Positions 38,586-50,720 of a DNA stretch of 64,000 nt are shown piece by piece. Position numbers and translations under genes: made by a program. This DNA comes from Octopus sinensis (taxonomy: Eukaryota). The notes under the pieces are model-generated. The model made no database searches. It was given only the letters and a program-made list of their open reading frames with translations, and was not told the origin of the DNA. The DNA lies in assembly GCF_006345805.1 (NCBI RefSeq), contig NC_043004.1, positions 99,882,001 to 99,946,000 on the forward strand, written 5' to 3'. The stretch's first letter is position 1. Every line of letters begins with the position of its first letter.

Positions 38586-39235
38586 CTTACCTCGACAGCA
38601 CTACGATGTGTTAACATTGCTTAGCACAATTATTATTATTGCCTGAATTTTACCTGTAAAGTTCTTATTCATGGAAGCAAATATATTTTATACGGCTAAT
38701 CGCATACACCACCAAGGCCAAATATGTATTTACGTCATTGGTGCTTCCCACATCATAAATAGGGATTTAATGTGTTGCTTAACACCTATATATTATATAT
38801 TCTTATTTATCTACATAAATGCTTATACTAGACCACACATATTTAAAAAGTAACCCTTCCCACATATTCTGCTATTCTGTCTCTCTCTTAATACCTCTTA
38901 AGTGCCTCTTAATTATCTCCACTCCACTTTTGCCCGTCTGACGACAATCAAATTTGGAGCAAAACTGGGGTAAAATTTTAACCGCTGAAGGCTGACGTGC
39001 TGGATTCGTTGGTTAAAAGGGTTTAATAAAAGAATATAACTAATGATTTGGGGAGTAAACCTTGTTGGTTTTGTTCTTTTAGTCTGTCTCCTAAGGCAGT
39101 CTTCCTTCATCCATAACCAAAACCAACAGAAAAATGGGTAGATACTTGTCTAATATGGTGACTTGAAAAGAAAGTAAGAACGTTCCTATGTCCTACATGT
39201 TTATTGTTTTTGTATATATATATATATATATATAG

Positions 39236-39410
39236 GGAGAATTCACAAACAAAAAACAAAAGACGAAGAGAGGTGGTGTATACAACAAACGGATGTAATG
39301 ATTTAACGCTCGGAAAGTGGAAAAGTCTTTAACGTTTCGAGGCTACGCTCTTCCACAGAAAGGAACACAGAAGGAAACAGTGAGAGAAAATAAAGAATGT
39401 GAAGTGGCTA
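39236..39410 (-). mobile_element. PLE-type terminal repeat family F with minimal hammerhead (39327-39362)
   Basis: Minus strand: CTTT-CTGTGGA-A-GAG-CGTAGC-CTC-GAAAC-GTT-AAAG; inverted homolog at 40300-40450. Confidence 0.65.
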
Positions 39411-39419
39411 TATATGTAC

Positions 39420-39452
<33 letters not shown>

Positions 39453-39649
39453 TGTATGTATGTATGTATGTATGTATGCATGTATGTATGTATGTATGAA
39501 TGTATGTATATATATGTATGTATGTATGTATGTATATATATATACATACATATACACACACGCGCGCGCGCGCACAAGATAAATTGATAGATACAACTGA
39601 GTGGGCAAACAAAAATATGAGACACTTCGTAGTGCTTTTTTATATTTTG

Positions 39650-39943
39650 ATAAGCCTGGTACTTATTCTATCAGTTTCTTCTTGTGAAACCAGTAAGTTA
39701 TGGGGATGTAAATAAACGAACACCAGTTGTGAAGCAGTGATGAGGGAGAAACACGAAGACACACACATAGACTTACATATATACATACAATTGATTTCTT
39801 TCAGTTTCTGTCTACAAAATCCACTGACCAGGTTTTGGTTGGTCTGTGGCTATAGCAGAAGACACATGCCAAGTTACCACACAGTGGGACTGAACTGAGG
39901 ACCATGTGTTTTGGAACCAAGTTTGTTACCACACAGCCACACC
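39650..39943 (-). mobile_element. SINE family A, old diverged copy
   Basis: TTCTTTCAGTTTCTGTCTACAAAATCCACT...GCTATAGCAGAAGACAC...ACCACACAGCCAC. Confidence 0.8.
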
Positions 39944-40016
39944 TACACTTATGTATGTGTGTGGGGGTGTATGTGTGTATGGGTGTATATATGTATGCAT
40001 ATATACACCCATACAC

Positions 40017-40078
40017 CCGAGCCGAGCCGAGCCGAGCCGAGCCGAGCCGAGCCGAGCCGAGCTGAGCCGAGCCGAGCC
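40017..40078 (+). repeat. (CCGAG)n pentanucleotide repeat, ~12 units
   Basis: Seen directly; one unit is CTGAG. Confidence 0.95.
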
Positions 40079-40299
40079 TGTGGACAGTCGCCTCAATGCC
40101 GCCCAATGGTTGTGTAGTTCTCAAGTTTTAAGGATTCAGGCAGGCAGATACACATTCTCAGTTATATATAGATATATATCACCAACACGAAATTACATCT
40201 CTCTGAAAACGTACACACCATGCATCATCAGACACCAACACACACACACACACACACACACATCGATAGATATATAGATAAATAGTCACCATGCTTGAT

Positions 40300-40450
40300 C
40301 GCAGAATCCACAAGTATTTTTATTTTCTCTCTGCTTATTTTCTCTTATTCCGTTCTGGTGAAGAGCGTAGGCTCGAAACGTAAAAGACTTTCCCACCTAC
40401 TCGGCGTCAAACTAATACACCTGACCAGTCTCCCTCTTTTGTGTTCTGTA
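40300..40450 (+). mobile_element. PLE-type terminal repeat family F with minimal hammerhead (40353-40386)
   Basis: CTGGTGA-A-GAGC-GTAG-GCTC-GAAAC-GTA-AAAGACTTT. Confidence 0.65.
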
Positions 40451-41741
40451 AACATACACACACACACACATATATAGTACATAAAGAGAGAGAGCGTGAG
40501 AGGGTCATATATACATACATACAGATATTTATTTATTAATACTTGAATATAAAGATAAAATCACGTTAATAATTTTTATCAGGTAGTCAGGTGTATATAC
40601 AACTTGTTTATTCAAATATTTCGGACTTCAAGATTTTTACTACTAATGTTAGAGAGTGGAATGTCTTTATGATTTACGATCACGTAGAAGTATGGGTGAG
40701 CTTATATTGCCACAAACACTGATTTATAGTATCGTATTAAGCAATTAGCGCCGTGTCGTTTTTTGCCTTCGTTTCAAGGATGGTTTTTAACCGTTTAATG
40801 AGAATGGCTTCTTTGAAACTGTGATTGCCGATATTTCGCTACATGGCTTTGATAGTGACCGGAATGTTATTGATACGACAATTTTTCAGATGTTTTTTTA
40901 ACTTACGAGATGTTAGCTTGATTAATTTATTTTACGCTGGTAATTAGATGGCAGACATTACTTATGCATGTATGGCACTGTCTGGTAAAGAGACCATGTT
41001 TTTCCTTTAAGTTACACACAAGAAATGCTTGCTAATTGCTGTTGCTGCTATTGATACTCTTGTTGTTGTCGCCGACGTCGAAGTCATTGAGGTTGTTGTT
41101 TTTGTTACTGTTGTAACTATAGCTGTTGTTGTTGTTGGTGGTGGTGGTGGTTTTGGTCCTTGTGCTGCTGCCGAATCTATTTCTGTTGCTGTTGTTGGTA
41201 TTCAGCTCGACATCCTCCCTACCAAGTAAAATGAATAGTGAAGTCGTTAGAGGGTCGAACAGAATGCATTGCGGTTCAGGTAATCAGCACTCCGAATTCA
41301 GGCTCTACAATGGTTAAATCTACAGTTCTGTAAATAACATATCAAGCAAAGATTGGGGTTGATTCTTGTCTAACTTTCCCTGGCTCTCTCGGTGTCAATT
41401 TCTCTGTCTGTTTCTCTCTCCCCCTCTCTATCTATCTGTCCGTCTTTCTCTCTCTCTCTCTAGTTGTCTGTCTCTCTCTCTCTCTCTCCTATCTATCTAT
41501 TTGTTCTCTATCTATCTACCTATCTATTTATCTATCTATCTGTCTGTTTATTTATCTATCTACCTTTCTATCTGTGTGTGTGTGTGTGATTCACCAATTT
41601 TGCACTGTTGTAGAGGTCGTGGAAGAGCACTCGCATCGTCCCTTTATAGAAATGGCGAGGGCTTCAGCGAAGAGTTAATTACTTGCTTAAACGATGATGA
41701 TGAGGAGGATTATGATGATGAGTGATGATAACAATAACTGC

Positions 41742-42218
41742 CCTAATGCAGTACTAGGCAGAGGCTCCTGTGGTTTCTGATTTTAACTGATTGGAAGAGT
41801 TATCATGAACAAGTTTTGTCGTGGCATAAAAGATGGGCTGCAGCAATTTTCTGCTCAGTACCACAGACCTGTTTGTCAGTTGCTTGTCCTTAGCCGATTG
41901 AGCATATCTCTTGGTGGGTGCCATTATGTGCTACTCTGATCACGAGCAGGAGCAGGGTGTGAGCATCAGAGCTATGTGTGGAGAGGAATTCCTTGGGGTT
42001 TGAATAGTTCAGCTTTGGAATCATCGGGGCTTCGTCCCACATTCTTAAACAACATTCTTATTCAGGAAACTTTTGAGCGGGATGGGTTACTCCTCCCTGA
42101 GGAAAATTCTAACGGAGTCTCACCTGTAAGGTCATGCGCTGTTTATCTTGATATATGATCGCCATACCGTGGCCATAAGGCTGTGATGTATATGCCTGGT
42201 GTACCCTTGTCAAACAGG
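41742..42218 (+). mobile_element. Dispersed repeat family D, diverged third copy
   Basis: Collinear with 6358-6880 (ATGCAGTAC.AGGCAG...AAAAGATGGGCT...GGTCATGCGCTGTTTATCTTGATAT); (GAT/AAT)n on both sides. Confidence 0.78.
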
Positions 42219-42257
42219 TAATAATAATAATAATGATGATGATGATGATCCTTTATA

Positions 42258-42440
42258 TTATAGGTATGAGGCCTGAAATGTTGGGGCAAGGATGAACTCA
42301 ATTACATGGACCCCAGTGCTTAGCTGGTGTTTATTTCATCGAATCCGAAAGGATGAATGGTAAACTCGACCTCAGCATATTTTGAACTTAGGAAGAAGAG
42401 ATGGACGAAATGCCGTTAAGCTTTTAGCTCGGAATGCGTG
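42258..42440 (-). mobile_element. SINE family B, diverged
   Basis: GGCCTGAAATGTTGGGG...CCCCAGTGCTTAGCTGGT...GAAAGGATGAA...CTCGACCTCAGC. Confidence 0.75.
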
Positions 42441-42829
42441 CTACTGAATCCGTCTGAAGATGAACCAATGTGCGAAACGGAAATAAAAATAAAGAAGCGT
42501 CGAATACCATATTATCTGATGGATATTTTCCAGTCTTTCATGAATATAGGGGTTAATTGAGGGAGAATTGCCTTGTATATCTAGCAGATCAAGCTTCATA
42601 GTAAAGATATTGACTTCTACAATAAGTAGTGTCTATATTAATGTGTTATATACTGTTCTGTATATTGATGTGGGCTGTACAGTTCTCTACATTGAAGTGG
42701 TCTATATAGTTAATTTTGAACATAAATGGAATATCACGGAATACGACTGAGAAGATGGATATCACAGTTGAATGTATAGAAACCATTATCCTGCTCTGAG
42801 AATAATAGAGTTTTATGTATATGTAACAG

Positions 42830-43254
42830 AGAGGTGGGAGGGAGAGAGAGCGTGTGTGTCGTGTGTGAATAGTGTGTGTGACCGCGCACGTGTGTGTGTG
42901 TGTGTGTGTGCATGTGTGTGAGAGTCTTCTTGCGTGAGTGGTGTATGAGTGTATACGTGTCTTGTGTGTATGTTGTGAGTGTATGAGTAGTGTGTATCTT
43001 CTTGTGTGAACAGTGTGTTCGTGCGTGTGTATATGTTTGTGTGTGCGTGTGAAAGAGAGAGTGGTTGTACGTGCGAGTGTGTTTGTATGTGTGTGTGTGT
43101 GTATCTGCTTGTATGAAGGTGACCGTTTTGCTGAATGCGGAGTGAACGTATATGTGTATATGCTAGTGTGTGTGTGTGCATACCAGTATCTAAAGATACG
43201 CACACACACCACCTATATATATACATATATAAATACATGTATATATGCATGTGA

Positions 43255-43300
<46 letters not shown>

Positions 43301-43373
43301 ACACGCACACACATATATGTTCATGCATATGTAGGTGCATTTATATATGTATATATATATGTGTGTGTGAATG

Positions 43374-43409
<36 letters not shown>

Positions 43410-43449
43410 AATGCACCTACATATGCATGAACATATATGTGTGTGTGTG

Positions 43450-43491
<42 letters not shown>

Positions 43492-44440
43492 ATATAATAT
43501 GGTATGTGTGTATAGCGTATATGTATAACTGTGTGGTTTTGTGAGAGTGTGTTCGTGTAAGGGTGTGTTTAGATGAGTATAGAGAGAGCGTGTGTGTGAT
43601 TGCAAGTGTGCATATGAGAATTGAAGTACATGCGAGTGTGTGTATGCGTGTGTGTGCGTGAGAGAGAGAGAGAGAGAGAGTATGTATGTGTACTTGTATA
43701 AGTGTTATCATATGCGTAGGTAGATATGGGCGTTTATACGTGTTTCGATGTGCGTGGTTGCGTGCGTATTAGAGTATAAGAGTGTGTGTGGATATATACA
43801 CATTGATATGTGTTAGTGTATATTTGTGACTGTTTGAGTGCGTGCGAGAATGAATGTGTATGTGTGTACGTGTCAGTGATGCGTGTGTATGAGTAAGTGT
43901 GTGGCTGTATATGTGAAGGAGCGTGTGTGCGTTACGTGCGCGAACGCGAGCGAGCTCGTTTGTGCGATTGGGAATCTTTATTTAATTGCAGTTCGGACAA
44001 ATCAGCCGACGAAATGGAGTGTATGTATATACATAGACACATATGCATAGACACACACTCGAACACACGTAGGCGTACATACATATAAATATATAAACAT
44101 ACACACACGCTCATAAATATATATATATATGTGTGTGTCTGTGTGTGTGTGTGTGTGTGTATGTATTTATATATATATACACACGTATATACTGATATCT
44201 ATATAGAAACATACATATACCATATATATATATATGTATGTGTGTGTGTGTGTGTGTATGTATATATATATGTGTGTATATATGTATATATATATGTACA
44301 CATACACATTCACACACACATATATATATACATATATAAATGCACCTACATATGCATGAACATATATATATGTGTGTTTGTGTGTGTATTTATATATATA
44401 TATATATGTATACTCACATGCATATATACATGTATTTATG

Positions 44441-44499
<59 letters not shown>

Positions 44500-44560
44500 A
44501 TCTTTACATACTCGCATGCACACACACACGCACACACTAGCTTATACACGAATCATTATA
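42830..44560. repeat. (TG)/(TA)/(CA) low-complexity field with internal inverted duplications
   Basis: Seen directly; see findings. Confidence 0.85.
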
Positions 44561-44699
44561 TATATACACATTCAATCACGCAAACTTAACATACATCCGA
44601 ACGCATACGCACTAAACCTCCTAAAGAACACTTAAGCCATTCGTATATCACCATCTCTATCACAACCACATCTTGTCCATTTGTTGGCGCCATCCGTTA

Positions 44700-45050
44700 G
44701 TGCAATGGCAATTTGGAAGTGTTGAATCCAATAAACAGTACAATTCTTCAAACTTGCTAAAGAATCCAGCGTGTGTCCAACTTGGGAATAGAGAACAGCA
44801 AGAAGAATGTTGATAGCACTAACGAAAGGTGTTTGGTTATGCTAACATATGTTGGCGGTGTCTGTGTTGGTTCTGGTGAGACTGCGGTATGTCTGTATGA
44901 TGACGGTTATCCGTATGTCTTGGTGACTGTATCTTAATGATGTAGAATACCTCTTTTGCTGATCGGATATTTTGTTGCTGCTGTGTTGTGGACATATCAG
45001 GCTGTTTTAGGATGCTTAATGTGTGCGTAACGCCTGTGGTTGTTTTAGTA
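44700..45050 (-). pseudogene. Possible degraded I/Jockey-like RT fragment
   Basis: Weak: ITVIIQTYRSLTRT loosely resembles the xxYKxLIRP motif; many stops. Confidence 0.25.
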
Positions 45051-45226
45051 TATTGAAATGTATGTATATATATATATTATTAAAGGGCTAAAAAACCACT
45101 ATGTGGTCAGCCATATGCTAGAAGTAGATCACCTGCGATCAAACTACAAAAAAATGTTCTCTAGAGAAAAATTCAGCGGTCACCAGGACAATATGCGGGC
45201 AAGACAGATGAAAATTATCTAAAAAC

Positions 45227-45290
<64 letters not shown>

Positions 45291-45508
45291 AGATAAGAAA
45301 AAGAAAATGGAGAAATACATCTAGCAGTATATTGGATATATGTTATCCCATGGAGGGTTGCATTTACAACCCCTATGTCAATTTGTACGTATATATATAT
45401 ATGTTACGGAGATGTACTTGCATAGCAAGTGACCTGATCTGAGATCGTGTGCTGGAACGAAAACACTTGCAGCGTGGAAGGTGTTTATAAGCCATTTAAG
45501 AAACACAC

Positions 45509-45841
45509 GTGAGGGCGCGTGGCTTAGTGGTTAGGGCATTCGGCTCATGATCGTAAGGTTGTGAGTTCGATTCCCGGCGACGCGTTGTGTCCTTGAGCAA
45601 GACACTTTATTTCACGTTGCTCCAGTCCACTCAGCTGGCAAAAATGAGTTGTACTTGTATTTCAAAGGGTCAGCCTTGTCACTCTCTGTGTCACGCTGAT
45701 TATCCCCGAGAACTACGTTAAGGGTACACGTGTCTGTGGAATGCTCAGCCATTTGCACGTTAATTTCACGAGCAAGCTGTTCCGTTGATCGTATCAGCTG
45801 GGACCCTCGTCGTCGTAACCGGCGGAGTGAAGAAGAAGAAG
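45509..45841 (+). mobile_element. SINE family C, young full-length copy with 11-bp TSD
   Basis: A-box TGGCTTAGTGG, B-box GTTCGATTCC, (GAA)n tail; TSD AAGAAACACAC at 45498-45508 and 45842-45852. Confidence 0.95.
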
Positions 45842-45941
45842 AAGAAACACACAAAAAGCGGTAGATTCACTTCAACATTTAAATTTAATTTGTCAAAATA
45901 TTTTCGTCGCTTTGAGACCATGACGTGTCCACTACAAAATT

Positions 45942-45979
<38 letters not shown>

Positions 45980-46316
45980 GTATATATAGTTTAAATGTAG
46001 TATATGTAGAATATAGTCTCGTGGTGCTAAATATATCTTCCGTTTCCTTCATCAATTATTATATAGATGTGTTAGAGTGTATGTGGTAGGGGGGATGCGC
46101 GCGCACACTTGAGTTGGTGATAGTGCGATTCCACTAGATTATTTTGTTCTGTATGAATGTATGAATAAATTTTGTATGAACATCAATTTATGAACATCAA
46201 CGTATGAACATCATTGCATGAATATGGGGGAATGGTCGAGGATTGAGAGATTTACAAATAACTATGTTTCTATTTATTTCATCAGTGGCTGTGTGCCACT
46301 TTGAAAATTATATATT

Positions 46317-46453
46317 TTTTCGAACAGGTGTTTAGCAGTGCCATCTCTAGTCAAGCAGTTATTCTGTGCTGATGAAGTGAAATAACCCAGAAACCGCGGT
46401 TCACAGATATTGCTTTGTGCTGAGTGCGGATGCTAAACTCCCCTGTTCGAAAA
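46317..46453 (+). ncRNA. Long hairpin capped by a hammerhead core (stem II weak)
   Basis: TCTGTG-CTGATGA-(14 nt)-GAAAC-CGCG-GTT-CACAGA inside nested stems AAGCAGT/ATTGCTT, GTTTAGCA/TGCTAAAC and TTTTCGAACAGG/CCTGTTCGAAAA. Confidence 0.6.
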
Positions 46454-46702
46454 CATAAGAACACAGATAATGTGACGTATATCCAGCTGGACACCATCTT
46501 TCCTGGAGCTTAATAACTATAATATTCGTCCCAACTGGGACTGCTACATTATGATGGCAAATAATCTTTTTGTATATGAGCATGTAGAAAGAATTCGTAC
46601 GTGCTTGTGTATATGATTGTGTGAAAAGGTCACTGTTGTGACAAGTCAGTCTACGATGGAGTTGCACAAGCGATGAGGTTTCAGCCTTTGCAGTAATGTA
46701 AT

Positions 46703-46709
46703 TTGGCGA

Positions 46710-46801
<92 letters not shown>

Positions 46802-46920
46802 GTATATATCTATCTATCTATCTATCTATCTATCTGTCTGTCTATCTATCTATCTATCTATCTGTCTGTCTATCTGTCTGTCTGTCTGTCTGTCTGTCCG
46901 TCCGTCCGTCTGTCCGTCTG
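46703..46920 (+). repeat. (TATC)n grading into (TGTC)n and (CGTC)n
   Basis: Seen directly in the sequence. Confidence 0.95.
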
Positions 46921-47936
46921 TAGTGAGATCTATTTCATTCTCCCTCCTCCATCCCTCTTTATATACATATATTCTTTTATTCTTTTATATATTTCAGCCC
47001 TAAAGCAGTGGCCATGTCGGGGTACTCCATATATATATATATGTGTGTGAGTGTGTGTGTGTGTGTATGTATGTATGTATATATATAGTATGTGTGTATG
47101 TATGTATATTTACATGTATGTATGTAAATGTATATATATAATGAAAGAAAGTGAGGGAAGGAGAGAGTAAGAGTAACAGTGTTAATATCAGCAATTTGCT
47201 GGTACTGCGACCTTGTATTCTTGTAGATGTTATATCTGTGAGTATCTGAACATCAATGGTAATTCCGTGTAACATATGCGTCGATCTATTTCTTTGTTGC
47301 TGTTTATTGATACTCCTGGCCTTCAGTGATTTGGCCGTGTGTGTGTGTGTGTGTGTGAGTGTGTGCGTGCGTATGTGTGTGTGTGTGTGTGCGTGTGTGT
47401 GCATTGTGGATGAATGTTTGCTCTAGCATGTTATATGTGTTTGCGCATACTGTGCTCTATGTATGTATGTATGTGTGTATGTATGTATGTATGTATGTAT
47501 GTATGTATGTATGTATGTATGTATATATGTATGTGTATGAGTGTAGCAGGTAACTAGGTGCGCGTGCCTTTCTTGCAAGTGAATCGAATCTAGTTTGAAG
47601 GAATTCTGCAGAATGTTCTTGCGATCATATAGACTCACGTTGATTATTCTATGATATAGCTATTGCAGCTCTTGTCGTTTAGCTTCGGGTCAATCTGATT
47701 TGAGCTCACCTATAATCAAAACCATTCTGGGTTTCAGTACACTGTCTCAGAAATTACATTATCTAATGTGTCCTTTTCTTATTTTTTACCACCAAAATTT
47801 TGTCATGATGCCTATCAGTGAATGCTTCGGTTGTTAATTAGTCCCCTGTCAGCCTTGATCATGCAAACCTACGATACGACAAAAGGCAGCTGTGAACAAG
47901 CCTCGTTATTCCTCCGTGCTTGGCCCCCAGTATTAT

Positions 47937-48348
47937 ATACTCTTTACTCTTTTACTTGTTTCAGTCATTTCACTGCGGCCATGCTGGAGCACCGCCTTTA
48001 ATCGAGCAACTCGACCCCAGGACTTATTCTTTTGTAAGCCCAGTACTTATTCTATCGGTCTTTTTTGCCGAACAGCTAAGTAACGGGGACATAAACACAC
48101 CAACATCGGTTGTCAAGCAATGCTAGGGGGACAAACACAGACGCACAAACATATACACACAAATACATATATATATATACATATATACGACAGGCTTCTT
48201 TCAGTTTCCGTCTACCAAATCCACTCACAAGGCATTGGTTGTTCCGGGGCTATAGCAGAAGACATTTGCCCAAGATGCCACGCAGTGGGACTGAACCCGG
48301 AACCATGTGGTTGGTTAGCAAGCTACTTACCACACTGCCACTCCTACG

Positions 48349-48350
<2 letters not shown>
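47937..48350 (-). mobile_element. SINE family A, full length
   Basis: Complete head and tail. Confidence 0.93.
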
Positions 48351-48404
<54 letters not shown>

Positions 48405-48607
48405 CTAAAAGCCGCACTCTCCGCGGACTTTTAAGGTGGATCCTGCGGAGGGATGATTGGTTCTCCGGTCCAAAATTAAAGACAGCGATAATAATAAAGC
48501 ATTTATTGGTACCCTACCAATATAGTATTACTTTCAATTCAAATTAAATGAAATACCTGTAACTTCACAAACTTTTGAAGCTCTGTTATATATATATATA
48601 TATATAT

Positions 48608-48658
48608 ATTCTTCTATTTGTTTCAGTCATTTGACTGTGGCCATGCTGGACCACCGCC
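48608..48658 (-). mobile_element. SINE A / LINE tail-only fragment
   Basis: TTGTTTCAGTCATTTGACTGTGGCCATGCTGGACCACCGCC. Confidence 0.75.
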
Positions 48659-48741
48659 TGTATATATATCTATGTATATGAGTGTGTGTGAATTTTGTGT
48701 GTGTGTGTGTATATATGTGTGTGTAAATACATACTTTTGTA

Positions 48742-48897
48742 CTCTAGGCACAAGGCCCGAAATTTTGGTGGAGGGGCGAGTCGATTAGATCGATTCCAGT
48801 ACGCAATTGGTACTTAATTTATCGACCCTGAAAGGATGAAAAGCAAATTCGACCTCAGCGGAATTTGAACTCAGAACATAAAGATAGACGAAATACT
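48742..48897 (-). mobile_element. SINE family B
   Basis: TAGGCACAAGGCCCGAAATTTTGG...GGTACTTAATTTATCGACCC...GCGGAATTTGAACTCAGAAC. Confidence 0.85.
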
Positions 48898-49299
48898 TTT
48901 GTGTGTGTGTATGTGTGTGTGTGTTAGTGTGTGTGTGTGTGTATGCTCAATGTTAGTTTTTGTATATAATACTTTTAGATGTGCGTAATCTTCTATAGAT
49001 TTACTTTTATCTGCATCCATGTATAAGTCTCTAGTTTCCAAAAGGAAATTGCTAGCCTTGTGCCAAAATGTGAAAACAATATTAGTAGTGTAGCTTCTGT
49101 GTAATGTAGCTTTAGTGCTTATCCATTGCTAACACCATATAAACAGCCAGGCATCCCCACAAAACCGCCCCTCCGTCAGGCCCTCCCCACTTTGCCAATC
49201 AGTTTACTTTCTCAATGAAATCTGTCACTTACGTATCAACTCAGAAACATTTCATATTTGATCTTTCCCTCTCAAATGAGCAAGTTTACTGGCAGTTGT

Positions 49300-49986
49300 G
49301 ATGTCATCGTCGTCGTCGCCGTCAGCGTTGTTGCTATTGTTGTTGTTGTAGTTGGTAGTGGTAGTGGTAGTGGTGGTTGTGGTGATAGTGTGATTCTAGT
49401 TGTAATTAGGGTTGTACGGTTGCTGTTGCTGACGGGGTATGTAAAATTGTCAGTCGGGTAGGTGATAGTGGTGGTGGTGGTCGTGGAAGTGGTGTTGGTG
49501 GTGGTAAGAAAGTTTATGGTAAGAATGTGGAGAGCGGTGGAATTTGTGGTAAAGGTTCTAGTTTTTGTGGTAATAGGGTGGTGGGCGAGTTGGTGGTAGT
49601 GATGGTGGCGTTGATAGTTACGCTGCTGATGATGATGGTGTTAGTTGTTGGTGTTGGTGGTGGAGTCGAGAGCCATGGTGGCGGCGGCGGCGGCGCCATA
49701 GCTCCCAACACCACCACCACCACCACCAACAACACCACCACCTCCACCATCAGCAGTGGATAGTTGTGCTGCAAGTCGTCATGGTGGAGTTGATAGTTGT
49801 GGTGGTGATAGTGGTGGTGATGACGTGGTGGTAGTGTTGATAGTTGTGACGGCAGTGGTATATTTATTTGATAGTTTAGGTGGTGGAGTTCCTCATGTAA
49901 GAAGCCTTCGTGTCACTCAAAACTCAAGAGACTGTCATTTTAGTAGTTGTGGTAAATTTGCTGGAGTCGGTAATTGCGATCTACAG

Positions 49987-50025
<39 letters not shown>

Positions 50026-50720
50026 GTGACGATGGTTGTGGTGGTGGTGGTGATGGCGGTAGCGATAGTGGTAGTTTTGGTGGCCCTCGTCGTCGTCATC
50101 GTATTGGTGATGGTAGAGGTGGTGGTGATTTTGGTGGTAGTGGTGTTGGTGGTGGTGGTAGTGTTGATTTTGGTAGTGATGGTGGTGGTAGTGGTGGCTT
50201 TGGTGGTAGTGGTGCTGGTGATAGTAAAGTGATTTTGGTGATGGTTGTTGTTGTTGTTGTGGTGGTAGTGGTGTTGGTGATGGTGGTGGTTTTGGTGGTA
50301 GTGGTGCTGGTGATAGTAAAGTGATTTTGGTGATGGTTGTTGTTGTTGTTGTTGTGGTGGTGGTGGTGGTTGTGGTGGTAGTGGTGTTGGTGATGGTGGT
50401 GGTTTTGGTGGTAGTGGTGCTGGTGATAGTAAAGAGATTTTGGTGATGGTTGTTGTTGTTGTGGTGGTGGTGGTGATTTTGGTGGTAGTAAGATGGTTTT
50501 GGTGGTGGTGGTGGTGATGGTGGTGGTGGCAATGTTGGTTGCGCTGATTTAATGGTCTCCATAGTGGTGTTCGGGGTAGCATATGTGGTAGTGTTTACGA
50601 GATATGTCGGTGGTGGTAGTGATAGTGGTTGTGGTGGTAGTGGTGTTGGTGATGCTGCTGCTGCTGCTGCTGCTAGTGGTTGTGTTAGTTATGTCGTGGT
50701 AGTTGTGGTGAGTAGATGCG
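49300..50720. repeat. Degenerate (GGT/GTT/GAT)n field with a higher-order ~90-115-bp repeat
   Basis: Seen directly; the GTAAAG(T/A)GATTTTGGTGATGGTTGTTG junction occurs at about 50224, 50315 and 50428. Confidence 0.85.

Noticed and set aside
38591-38653. Minus-strand segment with good acceptor and GAG/GTAAGT donor
   Set aside because: Stops in all three frames; it could only be a non-coding exon, which cannot be supported without RNA data.
42449-42483. TCCGT-CTGAAGA...GC-GAAACGGA
   Set aside because: Stem III and the cleavage triplet are absent and stem II is unpaired.
45885-45940. Minus-strand GCGAC-GAAA-ATAT-TTT-GACAAA, possibly a further hammerhead half in the repeat interrupted by SINE C
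   Set aside because: The CUGANGA half is not recognisable in this copy.
48420-48455. GC-rich hairpin CTCCGC...GCGGAG
   Set aside because: Isolated 6-bp stem with no associated element end or family context.
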